Shown: in pieces, positions 40,320 to 52,600 of the stretch
Layout of the letters: every line of letters starts with the position of its first letter
How positions within the stretch are numbered: the stretch's first letter is position 1
Assembly: GCA_973895155.1 (NCBI GenBank)
Contig: OZ316895.1
Location: 23,200,558 to 23,264,557, forward strand
Origin: Marsupella aquatica
Taxonomy: Eukaryota; Plantae; Marchantiophyta
Direction of reading: 5' to 3'
Length of the DNA: 64,000 nucleotides
Program-made: the position numbers and the translations under genes
Notes under the pieces: generated by a model
What the model saw: the letters and a program-made list of their open reading frames with translations, nothing else
What the model was told of the DNA's origin: nothing
The model's database searches: none

Positions 40320-41060
40320 GGCCCAGAGAATTAAAGGAGTCAGAGGTTGTTAGGAGCTAGTTTAGAGGTGGTAACCAGATGAAAATTAAAATTTCCTCTT
40401 TGCATAGTACGTCAATTCTACAATGATGTGAGTTGTCAATGCTACAACACTTCTTTGCAGTGTTGTAGAGTCATTAGAAGCATATCAACAAAAGCAAAAA
40501 TAAAAAAGAGTTGCTTTGAATGAATAATACAGCAGCTATATGAACTTTTACATGAGGTCAGTCAAGCTCCATATTCCCCTTTACAATTAAAGGCTTGAGC
40601 TAAACTTAGGATATAACTCAAATATAGAATGGGCTGGTTGTGAGCATTTGAAAATGTGGTCGATCCACGGGGGCACTGTGTCCAACATGGCGGTCCATTC
40701 TAGTTTCAGTTCTGCAAAATTAAGTGGAAGAGGGTTGTGCAAAAAGCTGAGAACAAACTATTAACAAAAATTAAGTGTAGCAACGTAAATAATGGATTTT
40801 TTTCACAACTGTAGGCTATTTTGTCTCAATTAAGTACAATAATAGCTTACATCATGTCTTGAAGTTCTTGGAGATTTCACTTCCACAAAAATGACATATC
40901 ATGTGCGATAAAGAATAGGGTAATTTTATTGGTTCGAAGGGAAAACTTAAGAATTTTCTCAAAAGGACAATAGGGTCTTATAAATCCAATTTTGAGACTT
41001 ATAAGAACATAAGACTTTATAGGGGTCGAAAATTAATATTTTCTCTTACATTTTAGGGGG
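40320..41060 (+). mobile_element. Copy of a non-autonomous dispersed repeat family
   Basis: 40870-41020 (atgacatatcatgtgcga..ttttattggttcgaagggaaaacttaagaattttctca..taaatccaattttgagacttataagaa) matches the reverse complement of ~57000-57130. Weaker colinear matches extend to ~58110. Confidence 0.7.
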
Positions 41061-42017
41061 TTCAAGGCCTAAAAACGTCGCAGGTGATGGGGGAGACTCC
41101 ATATAATGAGACCCCCAAGTTGAATTTCTCTCCAGGTTTTATTACAATGAACCGCTTGTGTACGTTTTTCTTTGTATTTTTATCTATGGCTATGGGCCAT
41201 GACCTCCTTGCCAGCCTTGCTTGGGGTTTTGAGATTTTGGCTGCCTTGGCCACCCAACCTCGAAGGTTATCCAATTTTCTTAATAAATTGCAATCATAAG
41301 CTACTCTCAAGGACCAGGGTCTAGAGTGAAGCCTTTCTACCATAACTCCAAATAAAGACAAAACTGGACTCAAAAGTAAGGACAAAACTGGACTCTAAAT
41401 AAGGACAAAATGAGGGTGAACAAAAAATGGGGATGGTAAAGAGGACATAGTATAGAATTCTTTTTTTGCAAGTTTTTTCTTGGTCTTCATCTCTGTTTAT
41501 GTTTATTATTCATTATCTTTTCTTGGTCCATGTCCTTAGCCTAGCCAGGAGGATAAGTGAGCCAAGGATGTGGTTCTTCCATGCCTTGTCAAAGTACCAG
41601 GGATGCTAGAAAAGAAATCTAAATGTTACCAACCACTGAGAGAATCATTCCTAAATATGTATCAAGACAAAGGGAGAATTGGAAGGAAAATTTGAGACAT
41701 GGATTCAAGATGACTTGAAGCCACCCTCCTTCTTGGCCTCCTGGGTAGGGAAGGGGGGGAGGGGCCTTCCAATCTTAATCACTTGTTTCCCACTTCTTTA
41801 CCCTACACTAACAACCAATACCTAGTGACCAAAATCACTCTCCTTAATATTCACAGGAAGGGCCCAGCCATATATAGTTGGACTATGTGAATATATATGT
41901 GGGCCCATCCATATTGACAAACATAGTCCAATTATTAAAAAAAAACTTTTAGTAGACCAATTAGAGCCTAGAGCTTCACTATACTCAGGTGGTCATGAAG
42001 GGTATATTTCATCGCTG

Positions 42018-42207
42018 ATTATAGTAGGTCGCGAAATTGTGAATTATAGTAGGTCGCGAAATTGTGAATTATAGTAGGTCATGAAATAGTGAATTATAGT
42101 AGGTCGCGAAATTGTGAATTATAGTAGGTCGCGAAATTGTGAATTATAGTAGGTCATGAAATAGTGAATTATAGTAGGTCATGAAATAGTGAATTATAGT
42201 AGGTCAT
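42018..42207. repeat. Minisatellite, 25-bp unit, ~7.6 copies
   Basis: attatagtaggtc[gcgaaatt|atgaaata]gtga, with two variants ordered A A B A A B B. Confidence 0.97.
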
Positions 42208-42346
42208 AAATGGCAGACTTGGATAGAAAGTTATAGTATAGAGAAGACAATCACCAACGAATAACATGGAAAAATAACACTACAGATATAGCAAAGACAC
42301 CTTTTAGATAAGAAACAACAACAAAAAACAAAAGCAATGGAGTCTT

Positions 42347-42444
42347 ACGTGCTGACGTGTTTTCTCCTCATTCGCTGCAAGCTGAGCAAGCTACAGGTGG
42401 CACCAGGACTAGCATGCATGACACTTGTAACCCATCCACGTGGC
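42347..42444 (+). promoter_or_regulatory. Cluster of ABRE/G-box and RY motifs
   Basis: ACGTG (42347), TGACGTG (42353), CATGCATG (42413-20) and CCACGTGGC (42436-44) lie within 100 bp, ~1.35 kb upstream of the 43790 ATG. Confidence 0.45.
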
Positions 42445-43789
42445 ACGGGGAGGGCCTGCTTGTGAAACGCACAGAGGACTTCAGATCCTTCCAAAGGTTT
42501 TTGGATGGGGATGGTGACGATGATTTTCTCTCTGGGTTCGAGAGATTCGTTCGTCTGGACACAAACAGTCATCTCTTCTTGCACTTCGCATTGGATCTGA
42601 GCTTTTCTCGAAAGATTCATGGATTTTGTGCAATCTGTCTGGAAGACCTCTCACTGTGGCTATGTCATCTTCGCCTTCTTTGAATAGTTGACGATACCGT
42701 CTATGGCGGCACTTGGGTCGAATGTGCTTCTGAATGAGCGAGTTCGAAGTTTCAAGTCGTGGATTTGCTAGATTTTAGGATAGAGAGATTCTTTGAGAAG
42801 CTCAGTCGAGTTGAAGCTTGGAGCAAGGCAGTAATTGAGCAGCCTGCAGAGGTCGAAGAGGTGACAGGAGGTGCTGTTGCCAGTGGGTCAGAATGGCAGC
42901 GCTGAAAGTCTTCAATCCCCCTTGTCGAGGAGCGGCTCATGGTCTCACGGCTCTGAACTTTGGTGAGTGGTTCTTCACAATTGGGCAATTGGACTGTCAG
43001 ACTTCATGGTGTGGAATTGGAGAATCCTCTGTTTTAAGTCGTGGGTAGGGTCTAGATGTAAAAGTTGCAATTTCTGAAAAAAGGTCAATCGAAGCACGGG
43101 TGTTGTGATTACAAGGTGGACAACTGCCGCAGGTCGGTCTTCAGGGATCCTAATCTGTAGTGTTAGAGCTAATACTGGATAAATGAAAGCTCTCTGGTTT
43201 ACGGGCGATATAGCATTTCGTCTTGGGCCCATCATGATGGGTTGCTGATATCTCCCGCCATTTACAGCGCAGATCACCCTGCTGGTTTTTCTGTCTAACA
43301 ATGCTTCAAGAAAATGTCGAGACTTCAACTCACGGGCACACTTACTGTTCTGAATTGAAAGCTTCCATTTGGAATCTGAAAGAGCTGCATCTCTAGAGCC
43401 TCGTTTCAACGCCTAGGGACTCCTTCGCCATCCCACTATTTGATCCCTCACCTTGTCTGCCCAGATTGCAGTAGCTTGAGGTTAATGAGAGGTTCTCTTG
43501 CCTCTGTTTGAACGCCTTCCATTGAAGTTTCTGGTTTGGACACCGAGCTGAATGCACTCAGTAACATCACCTGGTATTCTCAAACGAAACGCAACCTTGA
43601 TGGGTACCCTTGATGAGAGTTTAGGGTGGATAGAGGATTCACTCCTTTTATGCATACTTCTGAATTTCCTCTATGAGATCAAGTTGATCACCGTTAGTGG
43701 GTCCCTACACAATTACACTGTCCTCAGTTTGACACTGTTCTCAATGGATATCGTCATTTGTCTTCCAAATACCACCTCTCAAATTCATT

Positions 43790-44731
43790 ATGGCCGTCAA
43801 ACGTGCAGGTTCTTGCAAGAGAACAGCATTCTGTGAGCTGAGGTTATGTCAGTTGCGGTCAGGCTTTGGTGGCTCCTTGGGTCTGGGAATCACTCATCTC
43901 CGGAAAGAATGTGGGACAACACGACGAAGTAAGACATTCAAATCAAGAATGTTGACAAAGGCGCAAGATGGAGGAGGAGAAACGGGCACAGCGGAGGACA
44001 AAAGTACAAAGCAAGCCAGCGATGAGCAAACGGATAACAGAAGCGCTAAGATTCGCACCACGATCACCGAATTTCTGGCAAAGAAAGCAGGATACAGCTG
44101 GTTGCTGGGTCCAGCAGCCGTGACAGCTGCAATTGTAATCCCGGCCACATCCATTGATCTCGTGAGTCTGTACCAAAAGAACTTCCTACTGGGTTTAGCT
44201 GCAATCTGCGGTCAGGACATTCTTTTTGTTCTCGCTGCGGATCTCTTCCTCGTGCTATCCGACAAGCTGGGTCACCATCAGCAGGTCTCTGGTGGGCCTC
44301 CACCCTGGATCGGCCCCTGGGAGTACACTGGGTATCCCAAGGGCTACCCAAAGGTGTTGAATTACGTCACCTATGCCAGTGTGGGATTGGGTATTTTGGC
44401 TATGGTTTTGTCCCTCTTTACTGGCAAGTTGCCAGGTGCTGTCGCTATCTTTGGGCCAGTCCTAGGTCTCATCTTTTCCCAGGTGGCGTATGAAAGGCTC
44501 CTTGCAAACGACAGGTTGCCGGTGTTTCCCATGGTTCCAATTGTGTACACAGTCTATCGCTTGAGACAATTGAGTCGAGCTGTGACATTACTCCCATTCA
44601 TTGCGGGGGGAAGTGGCATTCTAGCTAGATGTATTCACATCTCGTCCAGCCTCTGGGCTCTATATCTAGGTATGTATTTGACTCAGCTCCCCTGGCTGTA
44701 CTCTACTTGGAATTCGAATAAGGCGACGTGA
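43790..44731 (+). CDS. Uncharacterised multi-pass membrane protein, probably plastid-targeted, 313 aa, single coding exon
   Basis: Basic, Ser/Arg-rich N-terminus and several hydrophobic segments. The motifs WLLGP..., D..F.L...LFL...D, P.....P.VY..YRL.QL.R and W...LG..L...W recall (from memory) the plant At5g63040/At1g48460-like family. Confidence 0.8.
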   Translation: MAVKRAGSCKRTAFCELRLCQLRSGFGGSLGLGITHLRKECGTTRRSKTFKSRMLTKAQDGGGETGTAEDKSTKQASDEQTDNRSAKIRTTITEFLAKKAGYSWLLGPAAVTAAIVIPATSIDLVSLYQKNFLLGLAAICGQDILFVLAADLFLVLSDKLGHHQQVSGGPPPWIGPWEYTGYPKGYPKVLNYVTYASVGLGILAMVLSLFTGKLPGAVAIFGPVLGLIFSQVAYERLLANDRLPVFPMVPIVYTVYRLRQLSRAVTLLPFIAGGSGILARCIHISSSLWALYLGMYLTQLPWLYSTWNSNKAT

Positions 44732-45466
44732 TCTCCATTCTCTTTGAGCGACATTTCAAGATTTTGTTCGATCTCCGATTTTTTCGGTGTCTTCTTGCTT
44801 CAACCTCAAACAGTAGCAGATGCTTTCTCTTTGAGTCTGCTTGCTCAATGTTGAATCTACCATTAGAGGAAGGTAGTTCATGGTTGGAAGACAGGTTTTT
44901 TTCCTGGTTGTAACTTCCACACTAACGGCTTCGACTTGTAAGCTTGCCAAGCACTCACTTTCTCTTCTGTACATGAAATCGTTACTTGACCTGATCTAAT
45001 CCAATCTCTTCGTCGTGACCCTGTACTGCTGAATTGGTACTTATTTGTCCATCTCTTGAGTTTACACAGAAAGGTTAGGAAACTCATTCTTGAAGTTTTA
45101 TCTCCTGAAGGAAAGAGAGGTCAATCATCTCATCTGGAACCCATGCTCCACTGAACTTTCTACATGCTTGCCCAATATTTGGTATTATGCTTCCTCATGA
45201 GGAATTACACATCAGTGGCGGATGGAGGGACGCTGAACTCGTAAGGCAACTAGAAGTTTCTGCACACATTGTAGGTGGAAAATAGGGTGACAAGCCTCTG
45301 TGATGATGTCTTGAAGCTTAGAACTAATCACATCATACCCTGTATGCCATAAGTTTAAATCAGATCTTGTGTCTGATGTCTTCCGTTTTATGTTCTTGGG
45401 ACTTGATTCGAGCTGCTATTCTACGTCCGAGTTAATGGTAGTATCCGGTCATGTGGAGGGTGTAAT

Positions 45467-46283
45467 TCAAGTAGAGGAGCAGACTCCAGAAATCATTGAG
45501 ACAGCACCTTTCATGAAAGGTCGAGCCAAGGACTTTGGATGAGAACAGAGTAACCCAACTAGTATCATCACTTCCATTCTAATGATGCGTACTCGGGTCT
45601 TACGCAGTCCTTGTCCATGGAGAAGTTGGTGAGCAGATTCGAGAAATAACCTTATAAAACGGGTTCCACTTGCGTTCCCAAAACAAGACCCAGCCAACAT
45701 GTTATCTTTCACTGGACGGCCCTAAAAGCTGTGATGCGGTCAAGCTCACATTGTCGCATGTAGTCCTTATTGGTAGTGTAGCTTTTAGTGAGGTCTCTTG
45801 AGATTTTTGGTATTCACGGAGACCATTCTCAATGATCTGACATGCGAGACACAACATCTGACCAAGGATGCAATTTTGAAAGGGCCCCTGACATGAGATG
45901 CCCACATCTGCCAAAGGTCTCAACTTTGAGGACCCTGACACGATAGATGGCTCTTAAGTTGTGTAGGCGATTGATTCTGGTGCTCTATGGTGCCCTCCGT
46001 GGATTGGAATGTAATGAAATTCGCCTACAACATGTTCATACTGCATATCAGTTGGTGGATTCTAATTCATTTATTCATTGAGCATTAGCCTGCATCTCAA
46101 GCAATCGCGTCCAAGCTCACCAATTATATACCCCAAACGAATATTTCTGATTGCTCCCACCGGACCTTTAATCACCCCCTCCTCATGTCGTGTATGTTTC
46201 ACGTCTTGGTAGCATTCATAGCGAGCTCTACTTCTTGAAGTCAAATAATTATTCGGTGCTAACTGCGTATGTTTGACGGCCAA
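45467..46283 (-). pseudogene. Possible highly decayed receptor-like kinase fragment
   Basis: VGLLCSHPKSLARPFMKGAVSMI (~45490-45560) resembles kinase subdomain XI of lectin RLKs (GLLCSHP...RP.M..V). LAVK near 46275 and QYEHV near 46030 are weak upstream echoes. No HRD or DFG found. Confidence 0.35.
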
Positions 46284-46692
46284 GAGTGTCTATAACTTTG
46301 ACTAATGGTGCCCCCATGTAGCTAGAAAGGCAAAATCGGACTCCATTCTGAGCATCCCCGAAATCGAAGTAGAGGAAGCACTGTACCACTGCTATCAGTA
46401 GCTCATAAACTGCTACTGCATCGATTGTGATGTAGAGCCACCATTAAATTCCTCCAAACCTGTCAATGCCAAAAAGATGCGCTTTTTGCAGTAATTTCTA
46501 GAATGCTGCTATTGTAAGGCCACAACTTTCCAGTTTGCCCGTGGGATAACTAAGTATGGACCTTATCAGGCCATGTTTGTTATATGGACAACTTCTGTCC
46601 ATTGGGTTGTTCAACGAAAAACAAAAATGGCGGTACGAGGGCGGCTACCCCGTGGGTTCTCGATTATCCGTTTGTTCGGAGGAACAAACCTT

Positions 46693-49600
46693 CTATGAGT
46701 CGTAGGAGTGGTTGGGGGACACATTCCCGGGGAGGCTCGGCTGCCCTGACAGAGCATCTTGAAATTCCAGGGACGGATCCGTGAAGCGTTTTTGCTCTTG
46801 TGGATCGGCCTGTATCTGCTCATGGCTTTGCCCTCCTCCCTCAATATCCTCTTCTTGATTTTGCTTCTCATTGTTGGTAATCGGGTCTTGTACAATGTTT
46901 TGCTCCAGTGCCTTCTTAGATGCAGGATCCAAGTAAGCTTTGTCCAAGTATTCTTCTAAGTCCAGGCTGGGTGAATCTTTCATTTCTTGTCGGTCCTTCG
47001 CGTTGGCATCCTGCATGCAGAAACCACCCATGGTTGAGGGAATTGAGATGAAGAAACTGATGTGCATTTTAAAATTAAGGAATGTCCACCCCTCTCTACC
47101 TTCCTTCCCTCCCTGCCATCGCCTCGCCTACCCTTCACACCCGAGTATGCCCTTTTTAAAAACAATCAGAAGTTCTTCTCAGTTATTGAACTGATGAAGT
47201 TAGAGGACTCTTACTTCTATTGGATAGTGTTCAAACGTCGGGTGGAAGCGCTTCTTGCAGTAGGAGTGAAATATCAAGGTACCAATTGGTAGCATAACCA
47301 TGAATGGCGTGGAGCTCAAAAGCTGTCGTGCGTATTTCAGCACTTTGTGGCTAGTTCCACTGAAGTTGTCTTCCTTTACAAAGCCAATGGGCCCCTTTAT
47401 GGTGAAGACTCCTATTAGAGTTAGGTGCTCAATGATCAGGGCCAATATGATTCGTGCATGTACATGTGGCCAAAATGCTGCGGCACTGTCATAGTTTGGA
47501 TCATAGACATTAATCACCTGCACGCACGAGTGCAAATCCATTGATCATGTTGTTGACCTCTCAACACGTTACTCTCTTTCAAACCTCTCTGAAATCCTTT
47601 TTGTCAATTTGCTACAATAACAAACCGCTCTCAAGTTAAATACTCTATTCTGTCTGCTTTCCACTTTACTATTTAGTAGTTGCGCTCTTGAAATCTCTGG
47701 TAATTCGCTGATCACGTGGCCGGGTTGCATGCCCGGATTTATCCATTCCTACATGAATTTTCTTTCCAGTTCAAGAAAACAGACAAGAACTGAATTTCAG
47801 CAGATTGAATAGCTCCAAGAAAGCCAAAGATTGGAAATTTTTCTAAGAGTTGGTCCCGAAGAGGACCAAAGTAACCAGTAAACTAAATGCTACACCACAT
47901 TGTTGTCAATCCTTATTTGAAAAGTAATCTTCTTTACGTTTGATGCAATGTCCTTGTTGGGACTGATTGACTGAAAATTTCTTTCATTGTTTTCTACCTG
48001 TTTTGACTCGTCTGCTTTCCTCGGAGTTTTGATGGAGCGTTTCCAGACCTCATTTGCTATTACCAACCTAGAGATGATTTCTTGTTCGCGTCCTCCGCAT
48101 TTCTGATAATAGCCGTCTTCTCGGGATTGTAACACTACTATATTGTCTAAAATAAAGTCTTGCTAATTCCATCCACATTCAGATTGCATCAACCTTGGTA
48201 GTTTGACGTCTGTGACGAGAAATTCAGGTCAGATCAAATCGCACTTCTGAACTCTTAGTAACTCTGTGGATTTAGGTGATGAGGCCTAGAGGAAGTGAAT
48301 GGCATTCTGCTCGATGGACAACTTCTAAGTCTTCTTTCCTGTGAGCATTGTGTTCGTTGAAAAGTATCAGACGTAAGGAGATGTACCTGATTACGGTAGA
48401 CAAGGTAACCAAAGCCGAAGAACGTGATGATGAAGGGGACAATGAGTGGCGTCATCACCGAATACACAATTCCCAGTAAGAGATAGAACTCCAACCGAGG
48501 GATGCTCTGATCCAAAAGTAAGTTGCCCGGTGCCATCGCTCGGTCTCTGTCCTTTGGAGTCCTCACCAGCACTAAATTTTTAATGTGGTAAATAATAAGA
48601 GGAATTAGCCGGATCACCTCCAGTGACATCCCGGCCCAGCCGTCCACCATTAGGTATGTAATGAAGTAAGTGGCCTTCGTGGGAAGGGTATCCCCCAAAA
48701 TCTTGAGGAGACTGCAATTGAGAAAAGAAACACTACAATTAGATCTCATCGTAGAGTCGTCAAATATATCAACACATCAATGACATCGTGAGACGCTTGT
48801 GGAAACATGCGTCAGCTCTGTGAGCTACAAGTATAGGATTGATAAAAGTGAAGAACAGGGTCGTCCAAACTGCAGAACTATTAGCCAATCCATCTGGCAG
48901 AAGTACATAATATGAGTTGTTGCAGATTGGGACTCCAGCATAAAGCAAATTAAAGTGTTCCTACAAAGAACAGGCCGTAACTAGCAACGTACTCTGTGAC
49001 AGACTTGCTTTGCAGGATGACCTTCAGCTGCCCCGCAAGTGATCCAGTTACAATAGTGGCAAAGAAAATGCCGACCAGCATGAAGTAGTATAATTTTTTT
49101 CCTGCAACCTGGTCCAATGCAGAACGAGAAAGATGACCTTCGAATTTCGACATCGCCATGAGAATCATGGGCAGCAACGCCACAAAGATCTTGAGCGCCA
49201 ATCCAGGAAGGAAACCTTGAAGAATAGACTTCACCTGCGAGCTGCACATGCCGAGGTGAATGATCCTCGAGTCTTCCGGCTAAAACCTACGTCAAGCTCT
49301 TCTCAAGCAGAATGCATAGAAGACTCCGTTTGTAGGGCGAAAGCTCACTTTTAGTCGATCTATTGGGAATACAATCGCTAGATCCGTAGATAAATTGACG
49401 GTACTCTTAAAGCGAGCTGAAATTGCGGCTTAGCGAAATGTCGCAGACAATGACAGTGTGCATGCAACTTACTTCTGAAGGAGAGGTCTTAGAAACTTGA
49501 AGTTCTTTTGAATGCTGTCCAAGTTGGCCAAAGATTGGACAAACAGGACTGGAGGAAGATAGAAGACGAGCAGAACAACAAGAGCTCCAAGCATTAGAAC

Positions 49601-52600
49601 GTTCCGCATGGTAAGTTTGAAGTAAGGAATGGCCAAATTTTTCCAATAGACGTCCCTGGGTTCTGGCGCCCAGTCAGTTATCCATTTCGTTGTATTTCTG
49701 GTTTGCTGTGTTTGAGCACACACTGCTGCTGCCCTCCGTGTTTTGAAAGAGACAAACGCGGCTGGCATGGCTAGCTTGCTATCTGTACGGATGACCTCTT
49801 GTGCCAATTTTGCCTGCCAACAGTGATAACACATAGTCATCTCCTTCATTTGTGAGCAACGGTCTCTTCCACATTTGAAGTAAAACAAATGACATAGTAC
49901 GAACACTGCATGCCTTTGCTGACAGGATCTCTTGCCTGATCCTCAAAGATTTGAGCTCTCCACCTTCATTGAAGACCCCTATTAACATATCTAGAGGTGG
50001 AATCTTTCTGGTTAATCGCTGAAAGAAATCAGAATGATTGGTCAGGGATAATGTCAGGACCATCATTCTAACAAGCACCGAAGAGAAATACCTGCTGCTT
50101 TAGTTCCTGAATTTGTTCAGTGTAGTAATCTATAGCATCCACCGACTCTCCCAACAAACCGCAAAACCCTGTCTGCAAAATAAAAATTTGAGATCAAAAA
50201 CAAGATAAGTCTGGTTTTACCGAAATAAAAGTGTGATGTGTGACTGAAACTTGTCAGCTCAACTAGTTGAAGTCTCAAAGGTCCGAATGACGTTGCTAAA
50301 GATCTACTGATTCCTTAGAATACAGAGCACTTTAAATTAGCGGAAGCTAACCTAGCATGTCCGTGCAGCATGGGGTTCATACCTTCATGGTTGGTCTCCT
50401 CGATGGATTTTTTTCGTGCTTGATTTCAGAGTATTGTAGCCAGTTTTCTGCGGATTCTATCTTCTTCATGATACTTGCAAGCTTGTTGGTGTCATAAACA
50501 ACCTGCACACATAAAAGGCGCGTCAATACTTTTTGACCAATTTTTTTATGGCGTGTGCCACCTCCAACGAAATCTTTGTATCTTTAGTCATTGATGTGCA
50601 TGTATTCGTGTACAATTCTTCCAATTTTTATTTTTATTTGCTTCGTGTTTCATTTCTTACCTTTCCTGTGCTCATATTGTTTATCTATCCCCTAAATGGA
50701 TGCCTTTACGAGGTCCACATGAGAGGAATGCAGTAGTTTCTGGTGTGCATTTCCAGCACTGGAGTTTGTTCTTCTTCATTTAAGCAAATCAAATCCGTTC
50801 CAACATTAAGAGTCCATACGGTATACTGTGGTCGTAATACCACTACGATAAGCCGAGTAGGTTGCATTTTTGAGCTACTCTGAGCACCTTCTTCAAATCT
50901 TTAGCTAGGACGAGAGAGACACAAGAGAAAGTCGACGAAATGCCACTACAAGTTAATCCTTTGACTCAAGCGCAGCACCTCAGTTTGAAGATAGTCCTGA
51001 TGATTGAGCTGAAAGAAGTCCTCGACTACAGTTTTGATGGACTTTCCTGGTACTGGTGGCACTTGTCGAACCAACACCTGCACAAAGATATCGACCCGAT
51101 CAGTACCAAAGAATGCGGTTCGCCCGGCCTTCACTCCCGACTTCAGTGGAAAGGGTTCCAGAGCTTAAGGGTCCCGCCGATCAAGTTATTTAATTCAATG
51201 GTGACCGTCAACCTTTTCCGATGCCAAGTTCTTCAATGGTGTATTTTGCTCGCCTACTTCGCTAAGATATTGAAGTAGATTTGGAGGACTGCAAGTCTTG
51301 AGCTCGGTTCTAGAAAAATGTTAACTTGATGTCAATGTGAGCCCAGCAGCTCATTACCAAGTTGAAACATGCATAATTAAAAGGGATTTCCTCTTCAACC
51401 AATTCTGGCCCCTACGACAAGCTCTCCTCTCCAAGCTAGAGTAAGGACTGGTTTCTCATACTGACAGTGAACTGGTCGGGAGCTCGCTTCCTCGTTATCA
51501 GATGACGAATCCGCATGTTAGCGACAGTTTGGAACTCGGTGTACAGCACGATACATATCCAGATTGTGAAGACGTAAGACATCACCAGGTGTGCCCACAG
51601 CCTGGTCAACATACCGTGAAACATACGAGATTAGCCAGCGTGCGTAAAGCCTGGGGAAACAAATTCACACTCCGGCGAACATTTGTTGCAATTGAAAAGC
51701 GATAGAGGCACATTAGAGGTACATCTTCCTGCTGAAACAACGAATTAAGGGGTTTGTTTCGATTTGTAAGTGCATTGGGGGTCCCCGTGACAATATAATT
51801 AGAGCCGTAACTCTGTGAATTCTAATATGGATGATCCAACAAATCCAGTCTTCTATTTGTACTCAAAAGGTACATGGATTCAATAGAATGATCATTATAC
51901 AGTATAACCTGTGTCTATGACCGTTGCGTTGGTTAGATGGGTGGATACAATCATGAGTACCATCTCTCTCTTGTAGCTAGGAATGATATATAATGTGTGC
52001 AACTGTATTACCTCTGTATCAGGGAAAGGATGTATGCAATGAGTCGAGCAGTGAGTGCAGTATCTCTATGTAAGCAGAAAGTAAATCAATTGAGTAAAAT
52101 CTTCCTGTCTGGACTCTGTTCGTGAGCTCGACAGACATGAATGAATCAACGTTCACTCGTCAACACTAAAGGATGACACAGCTCGAACTTTAGAAAATCT
52201 TATCGCTAATTATGATCCAGGGTCGATGTGTTTTAACCAGTTATGGGATCGCCCGCACTATCAAAGATGAGCTGGCCTTGAAGGGTGGTATTCCGAACTA
52301 CAGATCGAGCTATATAGAGTAGTGATTATCGTTCAACCCAACTGACAAGATGCCATCAAAATTTCAGCCAACATGTTGCTAGGTGAAGAGAAGCTAACCC
52401 GAACCTTTGGGATCTGTCCTTCACGTTGGCAATCGATAGTTTGTCTACCTCAGTGTATGTGAAACTTGAGTCGGCCTGACCACTGCCTTGTGTAATCTCC
52501 AAGTTGTGATCGGTTGCGTTTATTGGTATAAGAACAGCGAAGCCCAGCCCCGCAATCGGAAGAAATATCTTTAAACTGCGACAAATCAACCAACCTGGTA

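Noticed and set aside
42345-43409. Cluster of minus-strand ORFs (64-144 aa)
   Set aside because: No recognisable domains and no consistent splice model; better explained as leader or intron of the plus-strand gene.
45338-45349. ccctgtatgcca match to miR160
   Set aside because: Only the 3' 12 nt match; no seed match and no hairpin.
45300-45377. Box C/D snoRNA candidate (GTGATGA...CTGA)
   Set aside because: No proper terminal stem and no recognisable rRNA guide; such boxes arise by chance.
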